A stretch of DNA of 55,580 bases, the filler included, from Sphacelaria rigidula (Eukaryota), in the NCBI GenBank assembly GCA_964200075.2. It is 6 parts of 6 records of this genome, joined end to end, with 100 filler letters (N's around TTAATTAATTAA, not from the genome) between each part and the next. Parts side by side here need not be neighbours in the genome. Positions count along the whole stretch, not along the records: positions 9,282 to 18,462 come from CAXNAA020009108.1; positions 18,563 to 27,743 come from CAXNAA020009109.1; 4 more parts are not named here. One strand, given 5' to 3'. Position numbers and translations under genes: made by a program. Below, in pieces: positions 11,530 to 24,581 of the stretch. The notes under the pieces were generated by a model that saw only the letters and a program-made list of their open reading frames with translations, searched no databases and had not been told where the DNA came from. Within the stretch, counting starts at the first letter, position 1. The number at the start of each line of letters is the position of its first letter.

Positions 11530-14500
11530 CTGGCGCAATTGCGAATGTGTATAAGCCATTTCCGATATCAACCGCCCTTCGACTTCATCGGAGCACGATG
11601 TCACGAAGGACGGTGCACTCCCTACAGACAGTGGTGACCGACCATACAAACGAACCAGAACGTTGTGATGTTGGAGCGTCGTTGCAGAACGTATTTTCAG
11701 GGACGTGAGTGTGGATGCTCACCCTAACCCCGTTGGTGCCAACTCCCCTGTACACCAACCAGCCACTCAAAGCGCTGACGGTGTTCCCACTCTTGTTTCT
11801 AAGATGTCACCGTTCCACGTGAGCCCTAATGCTACGGAAACCTTTACTGACGATGACCTCCTCACCCCACCACGGCGGTACCCACACAACACTGATGCTC
11901 ACCTCACAACTTGACAATCGTTTGGGAACGTTCTACAAGTTCCGGAGATTCAAAATAGCATCCAGTTGGGTGACCCAGGACGCGTTGCTTAGCCCAAGAC
12001 CTAAGCGCCGCCACCTGCCTGTTTATTTTCTACTCCTGTAGTTCTTTTTTCATCAGTCGGTACAATCCCGCAATCAGAAATAAACAATGAGCGGCAATTC
12101 ACCGCAGAAGTTTTCAACAATTTTATGTCAACAATGTTTTTCGCTCGGTCAGGTCACACACATCACATGGACGAATCAGCGGTGGCCACCGCGGGTTCAA
12201 TCATGTGGTGTGGGTTCCCTGGATATACTGACACTGCCTTGAAGGGTTCCAAGACAGTCGAAGCCCGATGGCTATCAATTGAGCAGTGACCAAACCCAAC
12301 GTTTTAATCCTGGATTTGATCACCCAGTTTTACATCCACCAGGTACTAATCATATTGAATCGAATCCCCTCCCTTCAAAGGAGAGGAAGTCATGTAGTGC
12401 AGTTTCTCACGCATCAGGAGCCAATATATTTTCTGGTACGGTGGACACTGCTGCTCCGACCGTTCACCGGAGAACACACAATTCAAAGCCACACACTCAA
12501 GCACCCCCCAACTGCTCAAGTGCCCGGCCAACCACACTACCGAGTTCCGCAAAAAGTACGGTACCCGGTTCCCTTTTATTTGATGAGCGTAATTATTCCT
12601 TGAAGGATCGCAACCGCAAAGAACCCATGCTTTCCGTCGCTCAGTGGGTTGGAATGGAAACCCAAGTGGCAGCGACTCAGGTGGTGCGCCAAGAGCGTGA
12701 CCTAGGTTCGACTGTCCAAGAACTCATTTCAATAGCTCCTGGAGCCGCCGACCCTTTCGTGCGCTACACGCGTCACCATAGGCGGGCTCCTCCAGATGAT
12801 CATGTAGATAACCCTAATGTAGCAAGCGCACGTGAACTCCAAGGAGGAGATTGCGTGTGGGCTCAGACAGATGAAAACCTTAGAGTGGAACAGGCCGGTA
12901 CTCCCCAGATTTCGAACAGATCGTTACTGCTCCCTGACCACTCCGCGTGCACTGCGTTAGGACCCATTTCCAACGAAGCGTTGTCGTCTGTAGGGACAGA
13001 GACTTCGCCGACTCATGGACGTTCGCATCCTAGTTATGAAGGCACATCGATCGTGTGTTCGTCACAAGGCAAACAAAGTGATACGCAAGACGATTCGTCT
13101 CCTAACTCGTCCACATTGGCCCCTTTAATAGACGCCAGGTTGAACAGTACAGCTTTGCCAACCCCGCGTCCTGATGAATCGTCTCCAAAACCTCCCATGT
13201 TGGCCCTAACTAGTGATGGTATTGAGTTGATTGGCGTATCAAACTCAACACCGTGCCTCGATGAATCGTCTCCCGTTCTGGCCAAGCTGGATAATGTAAT
13301 TGATCCCGCTTTGCACATTGACGATTCGCCCCCTCTGTTGGCCAGTAAGGGTGAAATACCACGCATGAATCACTTGTCGGGTCCAACCACGACAACTGCC
13401 CTTCCCCAGCATCGCCCCTCCGTTGCAGTATATGAGATTCAACCCTCGACTGATGAGACAAATATTCCAGGCACAAACACTGACACTCCATGCACGCACC
13501 ATTCTTTCGACCGAAAGCTTGTCCCACAGGATCATCAACGGGTGTTTTTCAGCACCTTCGTTCAAAACGCAAAGCAGGATGTGTCAGGTGTCATACACAA
13601 ATTCGGGCCCGATCTCGTCAGTGGTATTGCAACTGTGGATGATGCTTCTTTTACGACCAAGATAGGTTTTAATAGTGGAGCCCGTGCAAACTATCATTTG
13701 ATAGCTCTTGCACTACCAGACTCTGGTTCACCTCAAACGTTCATCACAGCCAGCTGCTGGCAACAAAAGATCAACGCGGGTGCGGCGGACGAGCATTGTC
13801 TGTCCACCGTGCACCCTCGAGTTTTTGGTGGGTTTGGTTCTCCACATCTCTCACGGTCAATCAATCGGTGAGACTAAGTGTACAATTCTACCAGGAAACT
13901 ACTCCCAATGCTCCGTTGTCCGTATGGGCACTAATCGTGCCCGACGGTTCCATGTCTTTTGACGTTTTGTTGGGTCGAGATAGATGGCTTCGTTTTTCCA
14001 CACACACGTACACGATGGACACACCTGTCCCGAACCGTCCAGTCACAGGCAAACTGTCACTGGGCCACTTCGACACTGATTCGGGAGCTCATGCTTATGA
14101 GGATGAACCCACGCGAACAGGTAACGCTTTCCGTCTGTACTATGTTGGTGAACCGGTAATCTCGCTTTCTCGTGAACCCCAACTAATCCAAGTAAACCTC
14201 GTGAGACGCAATGGATCGCCCGCCCTCACAGGACATCATTTGGTTGAATTGCTCAAACCTGACCAAGCACAGGTTGGTCCGTTTGAATAGACTGAAGTCT
14301 TTGTCCACGAAGGTTGGCAGGCCATTTACCTCATGTCCCCTGCATGTTTCGATATACTCAACGGTCAGTCATTCGGTTATGCTCAAGCGCCTCTCATACG
14401 AACCGCCCTGTCAGATGTGTACCCCCCGGTGAACAACAACTCGCCGACCGACCCCCCGAAATCCACGGGCCCCCCTCCGCTACACATGCCTGACCCCATG

Positions 14501-17500
14501 GTGGTGATAAATGCACCGGGTGCGCCTGACCCTCAACCCCCAACTGCATTACTGGATACGTTCTCTCCAGAACAACGCGCCAGTTTTCAAAAGTTGTGGG
14601 ATGACATTCCCCCTCACTTGCGGCATATTGTTTTTGATCTATCTGGCGATGGTTGGACACCCACTGTAATCGATAGATTGAGATCCATTTTGATTAGATA
14701 TTCTGAACGGTTTTCTACTGCACCCTTGGATTTAGGTCGATGTACCACGACACCGTTTAAGATCAAGATTCCTGATGACACTCCGCCTATCGCTATGCGT
14801 CCGTACCGTACGAACCCCCTCTTAGCGGATAAGATCCAGGTAATTCTCGATGGTTACTTATCCGCCGGTTTAATTCGGCACTCGACGTCTCCATGGGCCT
14901 CGCCTATAGTAGTCGCCCGTAAGAAGAGTGGCAAAATCAGACTGACGGTCAATTATCAACGATTGAACGCTGTCACCAAAATCGCCCGGCTGCCACACCC
15001 ACGGATTGATGAAATTATTGACTCTCTTGGCGGGGGTAAAGTATTTTCGAACTTTGACATGCAGTCCGGCTACCACCAGCTCGTGATGGATCCTAATTCC
15101 ATTGAGCTGACAGCGTTTTGCACGCCATCAGGTTCATACGAGTGGCTGATTACACCACAAGGCGCCGCCGGAGCCCCAGGTGCGTTTCAACGTGTAATGT
15201 TCCGTGTAACTGATGGATTGCCCAAATGCCATATGTACCTTGATGATGCGGTGTGCCACGACTCCACACCGGCTGAACACGTCGAACAGTTGGCATCACT
15301 CTTCAATCGGTTTGAACCACAACTTGAAACTCGCACCCTCCAAATCCCGCATTGGCGCCACGACGATTGAGTTCTTGGGTCATTGCATCACCCCTGAAGG
15401 TCGTAGCCCAAACCTCGACAAGGTCGCCGCACTCTCCGATATGCCCATGCCACGGGACATTTCTCAACTGCGTTTCTTGTTTGGAGGTCTAAGCTACTAC
15501 AGACAGTACTTGTCAAACCTTGCCCAGAAGCTAAAACCCCTCACCACCCTCCTCAAAATGGGGTGAAATTTGTGTTCACATTGGAAATAGAAAAAACCGT
15601 CCGGCGCCTCCTCGACACACTTTCGCGCCCGCCGATTCTCGTCTTCCCCGACTGGTCGACCGCGTAGCAGGGTTCCCGCCCTTTCCGGCTCCACACAGAT
15701 TCTTTCAAAATAAAGTTTGGCTGCACATTAGAACAGGAGCAAGTCGATGCTACTGTTCGTCCCATTGTCTATCTGAGTCGCACCACTTTTCCGAATGAAC
15801 AGAATTGGTCTGTCATGGAACAAGAAGCCGGCGCAGTTGTTTGGGGCGTGTGACGTCTGCGTCAGTATTTGTATGACATCCCGTTTTTGATTTATACCAA
15901 TCACAAGTCTTTGGAAAGCCTTGCCAAAATGACGGAACACAACGCTAGGGTCCAACGCTGGTTCGAAATCCTGTCGTCCTACAACTTTCAATTAAAGCAC
16001 CGCACAGGTCCCCAGAATGCAAACGCCGACTACCTGTCACGCTTGCCCACACCAGCTCAACTTATCGATGAATCCCCCATGCGACGTATCACCGATCCCA
16101 CCGAAGACGTTGTATATCTCATAAGCAGGAATGGACGTAAAGGTCTCAACACACTAGTTTCACTGAGAGAAACGCTGGCTTTGGGCATGGGTGGGCTGAC
16201 GACCACAGCCCACGCATCAGTTCTAGGCAGCTTCAACCTCAATCGTTGTACTCAGTTTGGAATGGACTGTCTACGAATACTGTTGGCTATGATCATTTTC
16301 GTGCAACTGGCCAGCGCATGGTTTTCGCAGCAGGTGTAGAACCGTCCTTTGCTGACTCCGCCTTACCAGTTCAAGTTCGAGATTTGATTTCGAGAAGGAC
16401 TCGTGGACGGCGAACCGCCGAAACGGCCACCACATTAGCCGTATCTGGTCCTGACCTTCCCCTCCCTGCCCCCACCCCAGTCCCCGATAGTTTCCTTGCG
16501 CCCCCGCAGCCTCCGCGACGCAAGGCCCCCAGAAGATCGACCCCGACCGTGCCGCCCCTACCAACCATTGCCGAACCCACGGCTGCGCCCCCCTCCCTTG
16601 GTGACGATATTGCCAACACCACCACAACACCCTCCACGCTAATCGACGCAGGAGCGGACGTAACTTTCCTTCTGAGGGTACACCAACTGGTAGGCTCACC
16701 CTTGATTCCGAAATCACCGCTTCGTGCCAACCCCGCCCCGAACCGACCCCACACGAAGTCGACGCTTCAACAGATGGTGTATTCAAGAGACGTTTGACTC
16801 TCTTCTCCCACGCCAATCGGGCCCGGGAACAACAGGCAGAACCTGCTTGTAAATCAGCTATCCACTATATATCCAAAGGTTGCCCATGTCCATTCTCAGA
16901 AACCGAATTCCTCTCACCAGTCGGGAATCTCAAAGCGCCCACACAGGATGAAGTTACTGAACTTTCAAGGAAAGGTATGCTACATACGGATGATGATGGT
17001 ATAGTTCTGTTAGTTCACCGGCCAACAGCAGCCCTCCCCAGGGGGAAGCCTGCAAGTCGACATACCCGCTTGCTAGGTGATGAAACCATCCGCGTCTATG
17101 TCCCGATGCTCCTGCGCCCATGGGTTCTATACACGAATGTCATTCACAGGCATCGACTCATTTAGGCGCCATTAGGACCTCCCAGATGTTGGAACGTTTT
17201 TATTGGTGGATTTGTATGGATCGGTGTTGTCGTTTGTGGGTGAGGCGTTGTCTTTTGTGTCAGGCGCGGAAAACTTCTCATCAAACAGTTTGTTGGCCGA
17301 TTGTTTCCATGCCACTCCCAAACGGGCCTGGTGAAGTAGTTGTGTGGGACTATTTTGGTCCTTTGCCCCTGACGGATAGTGGGAATACGTATATTTTGTT
17401 GTTTACGGATAGATTTAGTCGACATGCGGTGATGCACGCCGTCCTCCCCAGTAGTTTTACCGCGGAAGGTACTGCCAATATTCTTGTCTACATGTACATC

Positions 17501-18325
17501 CCACTGTGGGGTGTGCCCAAACGCCTACTGTCTGACAACGGCCCGCATTTTCAGGCAAACTTTCAGCCCCCGTCAGTGACCTTTTGGGTGCCCATCGCAT
17601 TTTTACTAGTTCATATCACCCTTCCACCAATGGTGGAACGGAACGAGTGAACCATACGATGGCACAGATGCTTGCTGCTGTAGAAAATGAGAGACAGATG
17701 GACTGGGATCTGCACCTGCCCCTTGTCCAGATGAACTACAACAATTTAGTCAATGCCGCTACGGGATTGTCGCCGAATGAAGTACATATTGGACGCATGC
17801 CTCGGTTACCTTTGACGGTATTCGAACGCAAAAATACAGGCGGACATCAGAGTCTGGATCGTGATGTTGCAGAACATCATTTGTCGGTTAGCAATCGTCT
17901 TCGTCTTGCATATGAAGTGGTACGAGAACAGAACCAAATGGATTTGGCCAAGGTGGCCAGGGCGAACTCGATGTTGGATGATGTGGTGCATAACCGCCCG
18001 GTGTGGAAGGTAGGTCGATGGGCATGGGTGTATATCGATGTAAAGACCATCAATCAAGGGGCTAGCTCGAAATCATCATCTTTGGATAAAGTGTTGAATG
18101 CGAAATTATCCTTGAATTGGACTGGTCCTTGGGAAATTTTAGCTATTGGTCCAAGCGCTACCGCACCCGACAAGAGTCCGGTGGGAGCGAAACTCTTGTA
18201 TTTAGATTTTCCCACGGATGAAGCTGGTTTGAAACCGAATAATCGCGTCTCGATGCTACGATGCAAACCGTGTATCCCCCCTCATGACTCCTTTGACATG
18301 CCCAAACAACTGCCGAGTCATCCTG
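11530..18325 (+). mobile_element. Decayed Ty3/Gypsy LTR retrotransposon coding region (gag-like ORF, protease, RT, RNase H, integrase), 3' end lost
   Basis: Protease DSGS (13719-13730); RT PWASPIVV, YHQL, TPQG, YLDD (15236-15247); RNase H RPIVYLSR..NANADYLSRLP; integrase HHCC (HECHSQASTHLG..CLLC) and DDE (WDYFGP, SDNG, GGTERVN). RT-RH-INT order is the Gypsy order. Several frameshifts and stops. LTRs cannot be confirmed; 9282-11530 may be LTR or leader. Confidence 0.93.
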
Positions 18326-18462
18326 CGATAGGGGGGGGGGGGTATTTTGGGCCATTTGTTGCTCGAAATTTCGAGTCAGATCGTCGTTGAAAGCAGCAAG
18401 GAAGGGTTGTTCGAACAAGCTTGTTGTGGATCAATAACGCTCATCCATACTGCCCGACATCG
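18326..18462. mobile_element. G-run TIR MITE end interrupting the Gypsy integrase C-terminus
   Basis: CGATA, G-run, TATTTTGGGCCA.. is a diverged reverse complement of about 3430-3557. Confidence 0.65.
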
Positions 18463-18562
18463 NNNNNNNNNNNNNNNNNNNNNNNNNNNNNNNNNNNNNN
18501 NNNNNNTTAATTAATTAANNNNNNNNNNNNNNNNNNNNNNNNNNNNNNNNNNNNNNNNNNNN
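18463..18562. other. Artificial contig linker
   Basis: N44-TTAATTAATTAA-N44. Confidence 0.97.
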
Positions 18563-18959
18563 GTGTTCATACTCCACCTGTAGGAGCTGGATCGCATAGA
18601 AACTGATCTGTCCGACGTGTGAAAGTATACATACCTAACAATATAAAACGAAACCCTGGTGTTTACTTGACGCCATCCTTTGCCGAAAAGGGAACTAAAT
18701 CGTTTGGGAGCGTGTTGCGAGGACGTATGGAGGGATGCAGCATACGGTGAGCTGTCTTATGTCGTATTGATGGCATGAAGCGTTTGTGCTTTGAACAGCT
18801 TCCCGCTGAACGGTTGCGTTTTCCTGCGTATGTACACATATGGCTGAAAGTTTGAGTTGTTTGAACATCTTCGAAAAGCAACGGTCCTCGGCAGGTTGCG
18901 GTCGGCTTGGGTCATTTTCCATCACACGAAGGTTTTGACTCCCCACATGAGCCAAATTT

Positions 18960-19985
18960 ATGCCCGAGAAAAACACACTCGGACACGAACCACTCATGCG
19001 CAGCAGTTCGAGCTGCAGCTCTTGCTCATATACACACAACAGTCTTGTTTGTACGCAAGTCCGTTCTGTGTTGGATAGAACGTGCCGTTCTGTAGAACTG
19101 TATTGGAGAAAACGTCACACATACGGGTCAGGAACTGTACATGATAGCCTGTGATGGTGGATTGTGGCACCATCCGCTGTTATCTTGATTTTGTATCAAT
19201 GCTCCGCATTCGTTGAGTTGGTTTTATGCATGACCGAAACCTGTGTGTGCGCAAGATGACACGACACACCAACACAACACGTACGCACGGAGCCCCGAAA
19301 AAACACGCACTTACACGTACCACTCACGCGCATTAGCTTGCATCCTCCTTGATGATATAGGCGCATTAGTTCCAGCGTAACCCTTGCTACAATGTACACA
19401 CGGCCGTTTTCGTTGGACGGAATTCCGTTCTGTATTGTAGGAAAGTTGTCATCGCTGACCGCTGATGTCATCGATGCATGCGGTGTACGCAAGAGGATAC
19501 AACACGCCAACGCAACACGTATACGCACAGCCCCGAAAACACACGCGCATACACGTACCACTCACGCACATTAGCTTGCATTCTCCTCGGTGATATACGC
19601 GCATTAGTTCCCAGCGTAACCTTGGCACAACCCTCGCTATAATGTACACACGGCAGTCTTTGTTGGACGGAAATCCGTTCTGCATTGTAGGAAAAGTGTC
19701 ATTGCTGACCACGATTGCCAGTAATGCGTGGGGGTCATGATGTGTACATCATTTATTCCGCTATTATCTTGATTGTATACTGTACCTAGAGGAGGAGTAT
19801 CCATTCAGATGCTTGATTTCATGCGCACAAGTGAGTCGTGTCTGAAAGGTGTGTGAACGCTACAGAAGACGCAAGACGGCAACAAAGCATTGGCGATAGC
19901 CCTTGCTATTATGTACAGATGACAGCCTTCGTTTGACGGAGATTCGTCCTGTATTGGAGGACAGGTGTCGTTGCTGACCGCTCGC
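18960..19985. repeat. Diverged tandem repeat of about 240 bp (two full and two partial units)
   Basis: CACGTACCACTCACGC..ATTAGCTTGCAT..AATGTACACACGGC..TTGGACGGAA..CCGTTCTG..GCTGACC at about 19261 and 19500; partial units near 18960 and 19880. Confidence 0.7.
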
Positions 19986-20431
19986 GCCGGTGTGCCGCGA
20001 TCATCGTTTCTCTTTGATTTCTGGAGAGATTTGAGCAAGGGCACGCACAACGTGCTCAGGTGATGACCAGCTATGGCCCGAGCTACGGCTCGAGCTGTGT
20101 GTTTTTGGTTTGCAGGGGCACTAAGTTACTGAGGTTCACCTTTCAAATGTGCTGGGTTGTGTGAAGGTGCAGTAGTCCCTAACGCTTGCTCGTCTACGCG
20201 CATGTGTTCCATCGGTGGCCCGTGCAGCCTTGGTTGTCCTGTCTGTGCATTTCAGGTTGGGCTCGTCTATATATACAGTCGTCCCCAGGATGGTCGTGGT
20301 CGGTAGTGGTGAAGGGATGAAACTACTGTTCCGATAAGGATAATTTTTAATTGGATTGAGTATGGAAAATCCGGACACGATCGTAGTGATCACAGTGTGA
20401 GGCGGAGAGACATTGAGTTAATAATAAATTT

Positions 20432-21600
20432 CAAGATTGTGTTCTATAGGCTACGCTTTTCTGTATAAAACCGGGGTATTTTGCAGCGAATTTACCGTAC
20501 CTGACAGTTCCGTGACTTCTGTAAGACTTTCATATAGTTACCCGACAGTTCTGTACTCTCTGCAAGACTTTCATTTCCTCACCCGATAGTTCTGTAATCT
20601 CTGTACGTCTCCCGTACCGTTATCGGGGGGCACGGGTACGCTCTTGATAAGATACCTGATTGCGGGTACGGTTTTCTGTGCAACCTTCATACGCTACCCG
20701 ACAGTTCCTGTGAGTTCTGTAAGCCTCCCAAACCCTTACCCGATAGTTCTGTGAGTTCTGTACATAATGTTTACCCGTACCCGGAGCGCGGGTGTGCTCT
20801 TGAAGGAATACCCGATTGCCAGTACCGGTTTTCTGTAAGCCTCCCATACCGTACCCGACAAGTTCTTTGATTTCTGTAAGACTTTCATCCAGTACCGGTA
20901 CCCGACAGTTCTGTGAGCTAGTAAGCCTCCCATACCCCTACCCGGGGTTAGGGTATACCGTTATAGATATACCCGATTGCAGGTATGAGCGCAGGTATAT
21001 ACCTTGGGAAGGTACGGATACGGGTTCAGTTCAAACACAACCTCATGATCTGAACATGTACCTCCCATCGATCAACTCACCCAACTCTTTCATTCAAAAC
21101 TGCACACCAACAATGATTCAATGTTGAAGAGCTCTTTAGTTGGGTATTTGACGGGATACGAGGTACCGCCGAGTGGAAATACGAAACATGAGCAGCACTG
21201 CAGACGGTCAGGATGGATAACCCCCAGACTCGAGTGGTGGCTCGAGCGGGATCAAGTAGCAAGACGCACATCATCGACGTTGATGGTGGTTGTGTCATGG
21301 TCATCAAACCCCAGGCCGTTATCGACATGTACAGCATAGATAATGAGCTGCCACCGAAAGTCGTCGAGGCCGTCGGCGATTTTGTCGCGTGCCGAAGGGC
21401 TTCCAGAAAACGGGAAGCCGAGAATGCTCCTTCATGTATTCTCTGGGAGTGTACGTGAAACCGATAGATATTGACGGTCCCGTGCCCATGTACTACTGCG
21501 ATTGTTCGTGTAGTCTTTCTTTATCAACACCGTGAAGCCGTTCACATTTTTCGTGAACTGTAATCTGTGTTTCGCCACTGTTGTAGTGACGTAGGTGCGC
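20432..21600 (+). mobile_element. hAT-type non-autonomous element: one end, subterminal repeats and a putative transposase 5' remnant
   Basis: Terminus CAAGATTGTGTTCTATAGG; repeated TACCCGACAGTTCTGTGA motifs; reverse-complement homolog of about 44370-45555. Confidence 0.7.
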
Positions 21601-21720
21601 CTACAGGATCCTGCCGGGCTACGTTGTGTACAACCCCCCGGGTGACATCCCCCGATGATACGTTCTCGGGGCTCGGAACATTGTCACCTGGAAGCCCCAT
21701 ATTCTACAGTAGGTTCTTAC

Positions 21721-21794
21721 CGCGACATAATTCACGGCACCGCCGATGTGCCGGGAAGCCAGCGCAGAGGCGATCTTCCAGCCATCACCCGAAC
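21721..21794 (-). CDS. DUF819-family membrane protein, exon: (G)SGDGWKIASALASRHIGGAVNYVA
   Basis: Matches the plant/algal DUF819 motif WKIAAALM.RHIGGAVNYVA. Pyrimidine tract plus CCAG| acceptor; GCG|GTAAGA donor. The phase-1 start fits the exon at 25867-25961. Confidence 0.85.
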
Positions 21795-22259
21795 CTGGAC
21801 ATGACCACATCGTAAAGAACACAAGCGAAATGAGAAAAAGGCAAGAACGCGCACCGCCCCCATGTTTTGCTTCTATCCGTTGTTCTCGGTGTCATTTCAT
21901 TTTTTCCTCAGGGGAATTCTCTCTCCTGTCTTCTTCACTGTTTCATTTTGGTGTGTTGGCGTTTTTTTCCACTCGAGTTGTTCCGTTCAGCGAGCATATA
22001 TCGTCTGCTTACTTCACCTCTAGGAACGGCAGGTTCTATCCACCTACCTAGCCTGCGACTGCTCGGCTCGGCTCATACACAGCGGGGCATGTCAGGGGTA
22101 AACAACCAGTCCATGGCCTCATCTCGATGAGTATTAAAAGCGCATGAGGTTGACGTGTTGGAATCCGCACAGTGGATCGCTACCGGGCATCCACGCGTTC
22201 CACAGTTTTTCCATGTATCAGATCCGCACTTGCATACCCCGCCCCTGCCCTCCTCGTGA

Positions 22260-23272
22260 GAGCCTGGTCCGTTGTAAACCGGGCGTGCTCTGTCCCGGCT
22301 TAGTAGGGATGCGAGGTCAATGATCATATGACAACGGTATGCAAGGTTATGGGTACAACACCCCCTCGCGAGACACCCATGAGGCAGTGTGTAAGCCGTG
22401 ACCGTCTCCGGAAAAGGCAAGACCAGAAGATGAAGCAACTCGTTGAAGTCTGTCATCCACATGCAAGGTAATCAGTACGCTTCGGATCGAATAATCTTTG
22501 CAGGATGTAGCTTACCCTCCACGCGACTCGCCGAACACATAACGGCGTTTCGCGCTTGATGATTGATGGCGAGCCTGGTCCGGCGAAAATCCGGCGTGCT
22601 CCGTGCCGGCTTTGCAGGGATGCGAGGTCAATGGTTTTATGACCACGGAATGCAAGATCATGAGTTCCCACTCCCTCCCACCTCCCCCTCCATCCCCCCA
22701 TTTGAGAGTAGCGAGAAGACAATCGCTATACCAGGAGATAGATGGTGGCCACAGAGGCTTAACAGGAAGGGGATGAAAAACATGAACTTTCCGTGTGTAA
22801 TGTACATGGAAAACATTGTGAGACCCCAAATATTGGGCGGGTTTTCATTAGGAGTAGGAACGGTGCTCCGTCTCGAAGGGAATGCGTAGTCAATGATTAA
22901 ATGACCACGGCAAACAAGAAATGAGCATGCCTCCCCCCCCTATCCCTCTTCACAGGTTGGCGTCGGTTGGCAACGACACTGTTTAACACGGCGCCCTCTG
23001 CGTAAGCTAGGCAACCATGTAACCGGTTTTTTCTCGCTTGCGCTTTTTTGCGATAAACACGATGGTAGTCGAGTTAAATAATCTTGTGCGGAGTGGAGAA
23101 CCTCAACTCCGCGCGCGAACGGGATGATCGTACTACGTAGTGTTTAAAATTGAGGCATCCATGACGCAGTTAACCCTTGGCTACCTCGAGAAATGGCGAT
23201 ACCAGAAAATGAAGCAACTCAGGCTGTCACCCGTATGCAAGACAACTCGTACGCTCCGGGCCGAACAATTTT
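22260..23272 (-). mobile_element. Modular repeat cluster, order A(partial)-internal/W-B-A-B on the minus strand
   Basis: A partial 23152-23272, W 22700-22930, B 22571-22667, A 22370-22570, B 22260-22357. The modules recur elsewhere in the window. Confidence 0.55.
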
Positions 23273-24359
23273 ACTGTACCACCTAGTGTAGCAACCATGG
23301 AAGCACATCAAAAGTCACGTCTGAAATGTACAGGCTGGTGCCCCAACTTGAAGAGAAAAAGGAGGCGTGTTTTTCTCGGCGATTTCTCACGCGAGGAGTG
23401 AGCGCTACTATCGGATCTGAAATTTTCAGAAGGGGTGCACATCCACCATGTGAAGGTCATCGTTACGATAGCATTCTTCCACGTCTTCAATCGACGAGTT
23501 GGGTACATAAGGCCCCAACTTCCAAAACCAAGTCCGCCCGTATCCCTCCAAAAAAAACAAAAACAATTTCAGGGACGATGATCATCAAATGATCGATCAG
23601 CATCTCTCCTTCAAATTTCGGGTCCTCGCTCTCAGACATTGCGTGAGGAATCCACGTTGCGTACATTTCGAAGGGCGAGGAATATCTCGAACAGTTTTGT
23701 CGACGGTACGCAGCTATATTTGATTTGAGCGTAAATTGCAACGCCCATGAGTTGGGTGTCGAACCAAATATCGCTGTCGTCGCCCGGGTGTCAGCAACAT
23801 GCACGCCAATTTCAAGACAACGAGCAAAAACTCAGATATCTCTACTGTTGTATCAATCTGTCGCCGCACTGCTGCCACCAAGCCGTATCCGACATGACGA
23901 CATAGCGCGACATTATCAAAGGTATCGAATAATCGATCAGATCGGACGACGCAGTCCAGGATGGTTGTACGGTCAGCAAGGAACCCACGTTCTGTGCTTT
24001 TATTTGGTGCTGCTGCTCGACCTATTTTCACCGGATACACGTTTTCGTCTCAAGCAGAGGGATTATCCTGGAAGACTCAAAATTGACGCTATTAGGAACA
24101 GCAGCAGAAAAGCGCCTGCACAGCGATGGCTTCGCGGGGACAGGAAACCTAATGAGGCGGGAAGACGAATGAGGCGGGATGTTTTTGGCCTTCGTCAAAC
24201 GAACGCTTTTGTTCTAGTGCTAAGAAGTGCGACTATACCCCTGGTGACAGTACCCGCAATCAGGCGAGCTCAGCGACAAGGCGGGGGGATTTGGCCCAGT
24301 CGCTGTGTCGAGAAATTGCTGGTACACCACGGGAGGAATCCAAGTTGGAAGCGACGCGA

Positions 24360-24500
24360 GAGATTGATTTGAATGATTGATTCGTTAAGTATCGCACTTA
24401 TTGGTTGACTAATCCCGCGTTATCTAGCCGTGGTCATCAAATAGACATACCCCCGGGAGGGTAAAACGAAAAATCTCGCTGAAAGAAGGAGAAGAGAAAC
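24360..24500 (-). repeat. RTE/SINE-type 3' end with AATC-like tail
   Basis: GATTGATT.. then TCGCACTT..TCTAGCCGTGGTC.., similar to 46660 and 50460. Confidence 0.45.
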
Positions 24501-24581
24501 GAAATATATAAAACAAACGGAGTAAACAATCCCAGTTTATCCCTGACTAGCCATGGTTACACGGAGGGGGGGGGGGGGGGG

